A stretch of DNA of 38,237 bases, taken from IMG/VR virus record IMGVR_UViG_3300046786_000124, positions 1 through 38,237 of that record; one strand, given 5' to 3'. Each line of letters opens with the position of its first letter. The stretch's first letter is position 1. Below, piece by piece: positions 15,006 through 24,730 of the stretch. Source of the stretch: a virus (lineage: Duplodnaviria; Caudoviricetes). The translations under genes were made by a program, and so were the position numbers. The notes under the pieces are model-generated. The model was not told the origin of the DNA and searched no databases. It saw only the letters and a list, made by a program, of their open reading frames with translations.

Positions 15006-16662
15006 ACCCGCTTTCCAATATGCAAGGGGCGTAACCCTTGGCGATATACCCGCTTGCGAAGATGTTAAGTTAGCGGCCCAACGATTCCTAGATATGGTTG
15101 AACGGCGGGATGCGCCGTATGAATTCGTACCGGAAAAGGCGGAACACATCCTAAAGTTTGCTAAATTCTGCCGCCATGTAAAAGGCGCGGATGCCGGCAA
15201 GCCTATTACGCTACAACCGTTTCAAGTTTTGTTCTTGGCGGCCATCTACGGGTTCCGCGATAGGAAAGATAAAAGCATCCGATGGGTAACCGATGTTATT
15301 TTGTTTGTTCCGCGCAAATCCGGTAAAACTACCCTTGCATCTATTATTGCGCTTTACGAATTGCAATTCGGGGATGCGGGCGCGGAAGTTTTTACATTGG
15401 CTACCAACCGCGAACAGGCAAGCATTTGTTTTGATTCATCCAAGGCAATCATTGAAAACATGGTTCCGGAATTTCAACAAAAGTTTATCGTTTACCGTAG
15501 CGAACTAAAGAAAGCCGGCGATTCAACTTCTACCTACCGCGCCCTTTCCCGTGAAAACCGGAAAACCGGCGATGGCAAAAACCCATCGTGCGCAATGATC
15601 GATGAAGCCGCGCAGATTACGGAACGCGGTTCAATTGAAGTTTTGCATTCGGGCATGGGCGCGCGGAAGAACCCTTTGCGGATGTATTTAACCACGGCAA
15701 GTTTTACCCGCGAGACGAAATTCTTTGAGGATTTAAACCATTTGCGTAGCGTATTGCGCGGGGCCGCGGAAGATAACTATCGTTGGTTCGGGTTGTTGTA
15801 TAGCATCGATGCCGGCGATGAATGGTCCAACGAAGAAACATGGGCCAAAGCCAACCCGATGCTAGGCATTTCGGTTACAAAGGAACACATTAGGCACATG
15901 GCCCAGGAAGCGCAAGCAAAGCCGGCAAGCCTTAACGAATTCCTATGCAAGCAATTAAACATCTATGTTTCCGCAAATAGCGCATGGGTTGATCGCCGGT
16001 ATTGGGATGATTCCGTTAGCACTATGCCGGAAGATAAACCCGAATCTACTTTTATTGCATTCGATTTGGCCTATTCGCGCGATTTGAATGCGGTTTGTAC
16101 TTTGCACCGATATTCCGAAGAAAAGTTCCATGCGGAATTTCAATTTTTCCTACCGGAAGAAAGTTTAGATTTAATCCCCAACCATTACAAACCTATCTTT
16201 TCCCAAGCGCACCAAAGCGGCATATTGCGGCTAACGCAAGGTAATGTTACGGATTTAAATGAAGTAGAAGCGTACATAAAAGGCCAATGCCTTAAATATG
16301 ATGTAAAGGAAATTGGCTACGATCCGTATAACGCGGCATCGTTGGTTGCAAATCTGTACGCGGAAGGTTTGCCCGTTAAGAAGGTTGGGCAAGGCATGGC
16401 GGTTCTATCTAATCCATCAAAAACCGCGGAACAATTGATTATGAAAAAGGCAATTACACATGATGGCAACCCGTTTGTAGGATGGCAAATCGGGAATACC
16501 GAAGTCTATGTCGATGTCAACGGTAATGTAAAAGTACGGAAGAATGAAGCCGATACATCCGCCAAGGTTGATGGAATTATTGCGATGATTATGGCGTTGC
16601 ATTGCCATCTTGACAATGTTTTCGTTTCTGATACATTCGGATTTAGAAGTTTTGAATGGTAA
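14983..16662 (+). CDS. terL: Terminase large subunit
   Basis: Walker A PRKSGKT, Walker B MIDEA, TTA coupling motif, nuclease FDLA...D, YDPYN and KVDG. Confidence 0.95.
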   Translation: MNYSQLLEPAFQYARGVTLGDIPACEDVKLAAQRFLDMVERRDAPYEFVPEKAEHILKFAKFCRHVKGADAGKPITLQPFQVLFLAAIYGFRDRKDKSIRWVTDVILFVPRKSGKTTLASIIALYELQFGDAGAEVFTLATNREQASICFDSSKAIIENMVPEFQQKFIVYRSELKKAGDSTSTYRALSRENRKTGDGKNPSCAMIDEAAQITERGSIEVLHSGMGARKNPLRMYLTTASFTRETKFFEDLNHLRSVLRGAAEDNYRWFGLLYSIDAGDEWSNEETWAKANPMLGISVTKEHIRHMAQEAQAKPASLNEFLCKQLNIYVSANSAWVDRRYWDDSVSTMPEDKPESTFIAFDLAYSRDLNAVCTLHRYSEEKFHAEFQFFLPEESLDLIPNHYKPIFSQAHQSGILRLTQGNVTDLNEVEAYIKGQCLKYDVKEIGYDPYNAASLVANLYAEGLPVKKVGQGMAVLSNPSKTAEQLIMKKAITHDGNPFVGWQIGNTEVYVDVNGNVKVRKNEADTSAKVDGIIAMIMALHCHLDNVFVSDTFGFRSFEW

Positions 16663-16686
16663 AACATCGGGAAATTGGGGAAAAAC

Positions 16687-18084
16687 ATGGCTATTTTGGA
16701 TATTTTTAAGCGCAATAAAGGCGAACAAAAGGAAAGTAATACCCTTTTTGGCCAATCCGCTTTAGGTAATAACATTGTTTACCAAGGTTCTAACCAAACC
16801 CCAAATGTAAATACCCAAATATTATATGTAACTACGGGCGCAACAAATACTGCGGGCCGCCCCGTGGATATGTCCCTTCTTACCCGCAACAGTACCATCA
16901 TGGCTTGCGTTGCGGCCAAAGCCCGCGCCCTTTCGCAACTTCCGATTCGGATTGTTAGCGAAGCGGATGATGGAACCTATGTAGATGCGGTTAAATCCGA
17001 ACTAGTAGGCGCGCGCGATAAAGCCAAAGCAAAGCAAGTTGCAAACCTTTTGGCCCAACCTAATCATTTCCAAAGTACCTATGAATTTTGGTATCAATGG
17101 CTAATGTGGTACGAACTTGCCGGCGAAGCCTTTACCCTATGGTGGCGCAAGGATCAAAAAAGTACAACGGAAACCCCGTTAGAAATGTACTTGCTTGATT
17201 CAACCCTAATTGCCGTAACCATTACGCCGGCCCGCTACCCATCGTATCGTTTAAGCACGCCTAGTTATGGATTTAGCCGCGATGAACCGTTGAATTTCAA
17301 CCAAGTAATGCACATTAAAGAAATGAACTGGCAAGGTTCCGCCGGCTTTAACAAAGGCATCTTGGCCGCGGAATTGGTTTCGTTAGATCAAGATATTGAT
17401 TTATACGCCAACTACATTATGCAGAACGGCGCTAAACCTTCCGGTATGTTTACTACGGAACAAGTTATTCCGGATGCAAAGTACAAAGAAGTTGCCGCCC
17501 GCCTTAAAGAAGCATGGTCCGCTATGGTTTCTAGCCGCCCAAGCGATCCAAGCAAAGCCGGTCAAGGCATGATGCTAGATCAAGGCATGAAATATACGCC
17601 TTTGGATATGCTTACCCTTCAAGATACCGATGCGGCCAAGTTGAAAGAACAAACCATGAAGCGTATTTGCGGTTTGTTTGGCGTACCGCCAGCAATGATC
17701 GGGATTGCGGATCAAAAATACAATAATACGCAAACAATGTTGGATGAATTCTACAAATCAACAATGTACCCAACGCTAATCAATATTCAACAGAAATTAA
17801 AGCAACATTTGTTTGTTGGCTATCCTAATTTATCTATCGAATTTGATACTCGCAATTTCCTAAAAGGCGCGCCGCTAGATCAAATGAATTTTGCAAGCGC
17901 GGGGGTTACAAACGGGATTATGACGCCGAATGAAGCGCGGCAATATTTGGGAATGCCTAACATTGATGGCGCGGATGATTTGATCGATAAAGGCGGAATG
18001 GATAAACCCATTGCCGGAACATCTCCGCAAGATACCGGCGGTGGCGGCGGTAGCCAAACCCGAAAAATGAATATCGGCAAGTAA
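16687..18084 (+). CDS. Portal protein (HK97 family)
   Basis: NGAKPSG, ICGLFGVPPAMIG and GIMTPNEARQYLG motifs; follows terL. Confidence 0.93.
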   Translation: MAILDIFKRNKGEQKESNTLFGQSALGNNIVYQGSNQTPNVNTQILYVTTGATNTAGRPVDMSLLTRNSTIMACVAAKARALSQLPIRIVSEADDGTYVDAVKSELVGARDKAKAKQVANLLAQPNHFQSTYEFWYQWLMWYELAGEAFTLWWRKDQKSTTETPLEMYLLDSTLIAVTITPARYPSYRLSTPSYGFSRDEPLNFNQVMHIKEMNWQGSAGFNKGILAAELVSLDQDIDLYANYIMQNGAKPSGMFTTEQVIPDAKYKEVAARLKEAWSAMVSSRPSDPSKAGQGMMLDQGMKYTPLDMLTLQDTDAAKLKEQTMKRICGLFGVPPAMIGIADQKYNNTQTMLDEFYKSTMYPTLINIQQKLKQHLFVGYPNLSIEFDTRNFLKGAPLDQMNFASAGVTNGIMTPNEARQYLGMPNIDGADDLIDKGGMDKPIAGTSPQDTGGGGGSQTRKMNIGK

Positions 18085-18091
18085 AAATAAA

Positions 18092-18301
18092 ATGTCACAC
18101 ATTTTTAAGATTGTGATAGCATCCCTAGCAACATATAAGCCAAATACAGAAGCGCCGCCTAAACGCGGGCGGCCCCCAAAGTTAATACATGACATCGACC
18201 GTACGAAAATCGATGAGGTAATTTATGAGCAAAAACCTAATGATGGTTTGCGAAGCCAAACTAGTTTTGGAAAAGCAAGGCGAAAGCACCGGCAAAATTG
18301 A
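18092..18301 (+). CDS. Possible small AT-hook protein
   Basis: PKRGRPPK motif; overlaps the protease gene by 77 nt; weak RBS. Confidence 0.3.
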   Translation: MSHIFKIVIASLATYKPNTEAPPKRGRPPKLIHDIDRTKIDEVIYEQKPNDGLRSQTSFGKARRKHRQN

Positions 18302-19019
18302 AGCAACCGTTACTACTTGGGGCGCACGCGAAGGCGCAGATGGTAGGCGCTTTAATTACCAACCCGAAGGTTTCATGCAATGGGCCGAAGATTTTTCTAA
18401 ATCAGGCCGCCCCCTTCCAATGTTTGTTAATCACGATGCGGATGCAATCCCCGTTGGCGAATGGAACGCATTTGAATTTGATGAAACCGGCATGAAAGCC
18501 GAAGGCCGTTTGTACACAAATACAACCGCCGGTTCCGATCTATACAAAATCATGCAAGAAAGCCCCGCCATGTTTGGCGGCGTTAGCGTTGGCGCGTATG
18601 CCGAAGAATACCAATGGGTAAAAGAAGATGGCGAACCTTACCCCGCCGGTAGCGGCGATTATTACGAAGATGGTTATTTTCAAATTACTAAAGGCGGATT
18701 GCGCGAAGTATCCGTAGTTATGTATCCTAATAATCCAAATGCCGAAGTTAGCAAATTGGAATATTTCCGCCCCGATGGAAGCGCGGATTTAAAAGTTTTG
18801 GAACAGGCCTTGCGTGAAGTTGGGCTATCTAAAAAAGATGCGGTAGCCGCCGCATCTACATTCAAGAAGGTTTTGGAATTGCGCGATGCAGTTACAACGC
18901 CTATTGAAATTGCGCCTATTTTGAGTGATTCAAATGCGGAGGCTACCGAAGCGGAAATTCTTGCGGCTTTAGAGGCCCGAGAACTTCTTAAATTACTTGA
19001 TACCAAAATTAAAGGTTAA
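18225..19019 (+). CDS. Prohead maturation protease (HK97 family)
   Basis: PMFVNHD, GVSVG and LREVSVVMYP motifs; GAGGT RBS. Confidence 0.92.
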   Translation: MSKNLMMVCEAKLVLEKQGESTGKIEATVTTWGAREGADGRRFNYQPEGFMQWAEDFSKSGRPLPMFVNHDADAIPVGEWNAFEFDETGMKAEGRLYTNTTAGSDLYKIMQESPAMFGGVSVGAYAEEYQWVKEDGEPYPAGSGDYYEDGYFQITKGGLREVSVVMYPNNPNAEVSKLEYFRPDGSADLKVLEQALREVGLSKKDAVAAASTFKKVLELRDAVTTPIEIAPILSDSNAEATEAEILAALEARELLKLLDTKIKG

Positions 19020-19022
19020 ATC

Positions 19023-20363
19023 ATGTCCCAAGCAATCATTGAAAAATTGGATGCTATCGAAGCCAAGCAAAGCGAAAGCATTGCGGCCGTAGAAGCAAAA
19101 ATCCCCGCCGCCGTTGAAGCGATTAAAAACGAAATGCAAGAAACTATTGCCGCTTTGGAAGCCAAAGTAGCATCGATTCAAGCGCCCGCCGTTGTTAATC
19201 CCGCTAAAACAATTACCGCCGATGTAAACCGTTCCGTTAAAGAACAATTGGCTTCTTTCTACAAAAGCAATGCCCGCGTAGAAAAAGAACTGCAAATTTT
19301 TGCAGATGAAAGCCAAGCCGCGGCATACATGGCCGAAGCATCCGCGCTTACCGGTTCCGGTAACAACCAAGGTGGCCGTACCGCCTACGATCCCGTATTT
19401 GCCGCATTGCGTTTGGCAAATCCTATGCGCGGCGTATCGCGTACCGTTGCAACCGATGGTTCGTCCTACCAGTTTCGCGTCAAGACAGGCAACGCGGGAG
19501 CCGCGTGGGGATATGCAATCCAAAACAACGGCGCGGCAACTACCGAAGATACAACAATTTGGCAAATGGTTTTGCAGGATTTGAATGTTCAATTCCCAAT
19601 CCGTACCGCCGCTTTGGATGATATCGATGGTTTGGAAGCCAATGTCGTGAACGACATGCTCATGGAATTCTCACAGGCTGAAGCCTTGTCCATGATTCAA
19701 AATAACGACCAAGGCTCTACATCATTGCCCTACGGTGGTTCTAACGGTTTGCGTGGCCTAAACCAATATGCCGGCGCTAATTCAACCTATACCGGCGGTA
19801 CAACTTCCGCGGCCGCTTTCGGTTCTAGCGGTACTGGTTCTACAAGCGGTTTGCATAGCCTTGCTACTTATGACCAATTGACAACGAACGGTAACACCGT
19901 AGGCGCGGCTAACATCACTTATAAAGATGTTGTTAACTTTATCTATGCGTTGCCACAGCAATATTGGACCTCAAGCGCTAAGTTTGTTATTAACCCCGTT
20001 TTGCTTGCGCAAATCCGCGGTTTGGTTGATACAAACGGCACGCCAATTTTCGAGCGTATGAGCCCATTGGAAACCGATGGTATCGTTGGCCGTTTGTTGG
20101 GCTTCGATGTTGTTGTTAACAAGTACCTTAATACACCTAGCCAAACTACAACCGGTTCCGCCGGCACAACTAGTTTGTACCCAATGTATTTCGGTGATTG
20201 GTCACGCGGTCACACAATCATTGACCGTTTGAACATGGTTATGCGTCGTTACGATCAGACTCTTCCAGGCTACATTACTTTCTTCGGGGAGAAGAGATTG
20301 AATGCGTCCGTTCGTGACCCTAATGCGATTGTGCGTTACCGTTCTACAGGAACGGCTACTTAA
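19023..20363 (+). CDS. Major capsid protein (HK97 fold) with N-terminal scaffold/delta domain
   Basis: Coiled-coil N-terminus, GRLLGFDVVV and YFGDW motifs; follows the protease. Confidence 0.92.
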   Translation: MSQAIIEKLDAIEAKQSESIAAVEAKIPAAVEAIKNEMQETIAALEAKVASIQAPAVVNPAKTITADVNRSVKEQLASFYKSNARVEKELQIFADESQAAAYMAEASALTGSGNNQGGRTAYDPVFAALRLANPMRGVSRTVATDGSSYQFRVKTGNAGAAWGYAIQNNGAATTEDTTIWQMVLQDLNVQFPIRTAALDDIDGLEANVVNDMLMEFSQAEALSMIQNNDQGSTSLPYGGSNGLRGLNQYAGANSTYTGGTTSAAAFGSSGTGSTSGLHSLATYDQLTTNGNTVGAANITYKDVVNFIYALPQQYWTSSAKFVINPVLLAQIRGLVDTNGTPIFERMSPLETDGIVGRLLGFDVVVNKYLNTPSQTTTGSAGTTSLYPMYFGDWSRGHTIIDRLNMVMRRYDQTLPGYITFFGEKRLNASVRDPNAIVRYRSTGTAT

Positions 20364-20379
20364 TAGTTGCGTTGCCATT

Positions 20380-20409
20380 AGCGGGGGGCGAAAATCCCCC
20401 GCTTTTTTT
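20380..20409 (+). terminator. Rho-independent terminator between the two capsid genes
   Basis: AGCGGGGG/CCCCCGCT stem followed by a T-tract. Confidence 0.85.
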
Positions 20410-20424
20410 AAATAGGAATTCAAA

Positions 20425-21444
20425 ATGTCAATCACCGAAAAAATCTTGAACGGAATCAAACAAGCCATCACCGAAGGCGGCAAGGTAACGATCGACTTGC
20501 GCGAAGCAAGTGCAATTACCGGTTCGGGTTCGGGTGTCGGTGGTAATGTTGTTTTTGATGAATCCTTTGCCGCATTGCGCCAAGCAAATCCTTTGCGCCA
20601 AGGTTCACGCCAAATTATTGTTAACGGTTCGGATGCGCAGTTTGTTGCGAAAACCGGTAACGCCGCAAATTCTACAAACCCTTGGGGTTATACATTTACG
20701 CCTAATAGCGGTTCGCCTAATGTTGATACAACAATTTGGCAATTGCCCGTTCGCGTATTGGTTGCACAATTGCCCATTAGAACGGCGGTGCTAAATGATG
20801 TTAATGGGCTTGATTCAACATTGGTTGAAGATTTGTTTCTTGAATTTGCGCAACTTGAAGGCCAGTCAATGGTTATCAATGATGACCAAGCGGGTTCAAC
20901 TACTACATCAACTGGCGCTACTAACGGTTTGCGCGGTTTGGATACTTACATTAGCGCTTCTACTAGCGCTTTTGGTTCTAGCGGCACGGCTATTACAAAT
21001 GGTATTCATAGTATCGCTACGGTTGGCCTTGGCGGTTCTGCCGTAACCTACGATAAAGTTGTAGAAATGGCTAACGCATTGCCCGCGCAATATTGGGCTT
21101 TGGAATCTACCGCTTGGCACATTCAACCCGCAATGATTCAAACATTACGCGAATTAAAAGATTTGCAAGGTTTGCCTTTATTCTTGGAAGTTGGCGATGC
21201 CGATGGCGCGGCGGTTGGCCGAATTTTCGGTTGGCCCGTTGTTCCTAATCCATACCTTTCCGGTGATTTCCCAATGTACTTGGCAAATTGGAATCGTTTT
21301 TTAACGATTGGCGATACGGAACAAATGAATGTTCAGATGTACGAACAGACGGCCCCTGGGTTTGTAACCATGTATGCGGAAAAGCGCGTAGTTAGCACGG
21401 TGCGGGACCCATTTGCTGGCGTCCGCATGAATATTGATTTCTAA
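20425..21444 (+). CDS. Second HK97-fold capsid protein (paralog with short N-terminus)
   Basis: Colinear with 19023: EASAITGSG, FAALRQANPLR, KTGNA, TTIWQ, QLPIRTA, NGLRGL, ALPAQYW, EKR...VRDP. Confidence 0.88.
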   Translation: MSITEKILNGIKQAITEGGKVTIDLREASAITGSGSGVGGNVVFDESFAALRQANPLRQGSRQIIVNGSDAQFVAKTGNAANSTNPWGYTFTPNSGSPNVDTTIWQLPVRVLVAQLPIRTAVLNDVNGLDSTLVEDLFLEFAQLEGQSMVINDDQAGSTTTSTGATNGLRGLDTYISASTSAFGSSGTAITNGIHSIATVGLGGSAVTYDKVVEMANALPAQYWALESTAWHIQPAMIQTLRELKDLQGLPLFLEVGDADGAAVGRIFGWPVVPNPYLSGDFPMYLANWNRFLTIGDTEQMNVQMYEQTAPGFVTMYAEKRVVSTVRDPFAGVRMNIDF

Positions 21445-21453
21445 AGGCATTAA

Positions 21454-22125
21454 ATGTCCGTAGATAACCAACTTCTAGGCGCGCCCTACGGGGCCGCTAC
21501 CCGCAATCCGTTTAGTTATGTAAAAGCCGAACAGATTGGCCGCGATGTTGTTACGCCTTGGCTTACCTTGGATGAAATCACCAATCAAATTAACTTGTTT
21601 GAAGATGAATCCCAAGATGGTTATTTGCAATCATTGGAACTAGCCGTAAGGCAAGCCATTGAAGATTATTTAGGGCTTTCTATTTTTAGCGTTACATACC
21701 GCGTTTGGTATGGCGCTGAAAACTTGGCTACATCGCCGGTTTGCTTGGATTTGCCCGAAGTATCGCAAAACAACTACCCCGATATGGCCGGCGTAACCGT
21801 AAACAAGGTTGCGTATTGGAACAATAGTTATCCGCCCCAACTAACGATTGTTTCGCCTTCGGAATATTACTACGATGCAAGCGGTAACAAGGTAATCATT
21901 CAAACCTTGCCTACTAGTATCAATAGCGATATGACGGCCCCGATTATTTGCGAATACACTACCGCGCCAAACCCGTTGCAAACTTATCCCGTAATTAAAC
22001 AAGCGGGCTTGCTATTGTTTACCCATTTGTATAACAATCGTAGCAATACAACGGATAATCAATTGAAAGAAATTCCGTTCGGCGTTGCAACATTGTTGCG
22101 CCCTTACAAACCTTTGGTAATGTAA
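21454..22125 (+). CDS. Head-tail connector (gp6-like)
   Basis: IKQAGLLLFTHLYNNR...IPFGVATLLRPYK. Confidence 0.85.
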   Translation: MSVDNQLLGAPYGAATRNPFSYVKAEQIGRDVVTPWLTLDEITNQINLFEDESQDGYLQSLELAVRQAIEDYLGLSIFSVTYRVWYGAENLATSPVCLDLPEVSQNNYPDMAGVTVNKVAYWNNSYPPQLTIVSPSEYYYDASGNKVIIQTLPTSINSDMTAPIICEYTTAPNPLQTYPVIKQAGLLLFTHLYNNRSNTTDNQLKEIPFGVATLLRPYKPLVM

Positions 22126-22126
22126 T

Positions 22127-22471
22127 ATGGCAATAGCACGGTTTGAACAGATTACGGTAAACAACTTGGCTTTCGCTAAAAGTGATTTCGGCGAACAAAG
22201 TACCGCCCAAAGCACATGGTTTAGAACCCGTGCGCGCGTTCAATCCGTTGCCAATAGCCTAAAGATTTCGGAAAAATACCGTTTGTATCAAGATGTTGTT
22301 AACTTCATTTTGAATTACACGCCTAACACCCGTGAAATGGTACGGAACCAAAATCTTTATTCGATTAGTTACAACGGTTACGATTGGCGGATTGATAATG
22401 TACGAGAATCAAACGATAGGATGACGGTAGTTATCTTGGCGTACAGAACCGATCCAGTTACGGCGGTATAA
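22127..22471 (+). CDS. Head closure/head-tail adaptor
   Basis: Size, synteny, SDFGE and YNGYDWRIDNV patterns. Confidence 0.75.
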   Translation: MAIARFEQITVNNLAFAKSDFGEQSTAQSTWFRTRARVQSVANSLKISEKYRLYQDVVNFILNYTPNTREMVRNQNLYSISYNGYDWRIDNVRESNDRMTVVILAYRTDPVTAV

Positions 22472-22891
22472 ATGGCAACGCAACAAAATCCGGTTCAATA
22501 CGGCAAAGCAATTCAATACCAATTGCAAAGCATTGTTTCGCCCGTTCCCGTTTACGCGGCGTTTAACCGTAACTTTGCTACCGAACCTAAGTTTGTTGTT
22601 TGGATGTTGCGCAATGTTCATCAAGATGTTTATACCGGCCCCGTTCAATCGGTTAAAGGTATTGATCGCCCAACATTTCAAATAAGTATTTTTACGCAAC
22701 AAATAGAAGATGGTTTCACTATTTCCAATCAAATACTACAATCGCTACATGGATATAGCGGTTTGTTTGGCGGTGCAACCAATGGATTTCAAATTAGTAA
22801 GGCGGATGTTTTTTGGCTTTACAACACTTATGACAATGATGAAAAATTGGCGCAGATTTTTCTTGATTGCACACTAGATATACCAACCTGA
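22472..22891 (+). CDS. Tail terminator/completion protein (DUF3168-like)
   Basis: FQISIF...LHGYSG; synteny. Confidence 0.7.
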   Translation: MATQQNPVQYGKAIQYQLQSIVSPVPVYAAFNRNFATEPKFVVWMLRNVHQDVYTGPVQSVKGIDRPTFQISIFTQQIEDGFTISNQILQSLHGYSGLFGGATNGFQISKADVFWLYNTYDNDEKLAQIFLDCTLDIPT

Positions 22892-22933
22892 CAAGATAGT
22901 TCAATCAACCATTCTTTTTAAGGAATAACGAAA

Positions 22934-23455
22934 ATGGCTTTACCTAACAAAATTCTTCCTGGCTTTGCCGCCGCCCTTTGGATGCAAACCGGCGCTACAC
23001 CTACACCGGTTACGGCCGCTAACTTGGATGTTTGGACCGGCGATATTGGCGATATCGTTGGCACGGCCGCCAATGGAACCGGAACCGATGGTATCTTGGT
23101 TCCCGTTGAAGCCGTACCCGCTTTCGGCCAAGATGATGCCGTAGCAAACTTTAGCGTTGCCGGTTCACGCCAAAGCGATAAAATCCCAACGCAATCCGCG
23201 CCTACATCTTTAAGCATTACGGCCGCTTGGAATCCTAGCGATGCCGCATTGTTGTTGATCCGCGGTGATTCGGAATCCGGCGTTATTGATCGTACTTTTG
23301 TAGTTACCGCTACGGCCGGTACAAATACCGTTGCGTATGCCTTCAATGGCCGCGTATCGCAATTTACGATTGATGCGGCCCCAGGCGCTGAGGCGAAATG
23401 TAACTTTACGGTTCATCCCCGCGGCAACCAATACGGTTGGTCAAACAATACCTAA
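22934..23455 (+). CDS. Major tail tube protein
   Basis: Strong AAGGA RBS, 173 aa, AFNGRVSQF pattern, synteny. Confidence 0.75.
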   Translation: MALPNKILPGFAAALWMQTGATPTPVTAANLDVWTGDIGDIVGTAANGTGTDGILVPVEAVPAFGQDDAVANFSVAGSRQSDKIPTQSAPTSLSITAAWNPSDAALLLIRGDSESGVIDRTFVVTATAGTNTVAYAFNGRVSQFTIDAAPGAEAKCNFTVHPRGNQYGWSNNT

Positions 23456-23460
23456 ACACT

Positions 23461-23688
23461 ATGCAAACTACAATAAAAGATAGCAACGATCTACTAGGTT
23501 TTTTAGTAACCCAATCCGATTCCCGAAAGGATTGGTTTGGGTTTACCGCGCAGAAACTAACCGCGATTTCATTGGCGCATGAAATAGCCGCTAACCATGC
23601 GGATAAGTTTACGCCCGATGAAATCGTTAATTATGTACATACGCTAAACAACGCGTTGTATCAAAAGATCATTAAACCGATGGGCTAA
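23461..23688 (+). CDS. Hypothetical tail-region protein
   Basis: ATG 23461; fills the operon. Confidence 0.6.
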   Translation: MQTTIKDSNDLLGFLVTQSDSRKDWFGFTAQKLTAISLAHEIAANHADKFTPDEIVNYVHTLNNALYQKIIKPMG

Positions 23689-23690
23689 TC

Positions 23691-24251
23691 ATGGGCATTA
23701 CTTTCAAAATTGAAGGTTTGAAAGATGTTTACGCCGCATTTGAAGATTTGGCCGCGGAAATCGGGGATAAGAACGCTAGAAGTAAGGTTCTAATTCCGGC
23801 CGCCCGCGAAGCCATGCAACCGGTTTTAGTTCAAGCGCAAACTAATGCGCCCGTAGATACCGGCGCTTTATCAAATACTTTAATTGTTGAAGCGCGCCGC
23901 CCTACAAAGCGCGATATGCGTTCTAAATACATTACGCAAAACGATACGGTAATTGCCGCAATTACTACAAAGGCTTTTCCAAAAAAGATACGCGGCGCGT
24001 TCTTCAAAGAAAATCAAGCCCTTTATGAATCAGATAAAGAAGCATACAAACAGAAATTTAAGGCGCTTACAAAGCAACTAAATTTTCCGTATGATGCCCG
24101 CGCAATAGCGCAAGAATTCGGCACGGCAAAGATGAAAGGGCATAAACCTTTTCTACGGCCGGCGATGGAATCCCAATCCGAATCAACGGTTAGAAGGCTT
24201 GGGCAAATATTGGCAAGGCGTATAAATCAATACAAGGCAAAACAGAAATGA
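23691..24251 (+). CDS. HK97 gp10-like neck/tail protein
   Basis: IEGLKD, APVDTGAL and QEFGTAKM...PFLRPA motifs. Confidence 0.85.
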   Translation: MGITFKIEGLKDVYAAFEDLAAEIGDKNARSKVLIPAAREAMQPVLVQAQTNAPVDTGALSNTLIVEARRPTKRDMRSKYITQNDTVIAAITTKAFPKKIRGAFFKENQALYESDKEAYKQKFKALTKQLNFPYDARAIAQEFGTAKMKGHKPFLRPAMESQSESTVRRLGQILARRINQYKAKQK

Positions 24252-24730
24252 CAAAATTTAGTTCGGCGTTTGGCGAAAAGTACCAAACAAACAAGAAAAA
24301 CCTTTTAACCCGTTCTTTTGAATTGGGAGGCCATACCTTTAAAGTGCGCATTCCATTGATTGCGGAATCGGATGCCATCTACAAAAAGGTTTCCGAACCG
24401 GATGAAGAAGTTATCGAAAAAACTTACAAAGAAATTACAGAACCTTTGCGCCAATTTGAAAACAATCAAAGCGAAGAATTCAAATTTATCGATAATGATA
24501 TTTTGGTAGATGGCCGTTCAATGCGCGAAGCCGCCAAGAACAAAGCCATTACGGAAGCCCGCATTACCGAATTTTTTAAACTTCTAGTTCCCGAATTAGA
24601 AGGCGCAAGTTTAGAAGATTTAACCTACGCGGATATTGAAGAAGAATTCCCTATTCCCGTACAAATGCAAATCGTAGAAAAGATTGGCGAAGTAATTAGC
24701 CCAACCTACAAGGAAGCGCGGGGAAACTAA
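24248..24730 (+). CDS. Tail assembly chaperone (gpG-like)
   Basis: Upstream of the tape measure gene; ends at slippery G GGA AAC TAA. Confidence 0.75.
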   Translation: MTKFSSAFGEKYQTNKKNLLTRSFELGGHTFKVRIPLIAESDAIYKKVSEPDEEVIEKTYKEITEPLRQFENNQSEEFKFIDNDILVDGRSMREAAKNKAITEARITEFFKLLVPELEGASLEDLTYADIEEEFPIPVQMQIVEKIGEVISPTYKEARGN

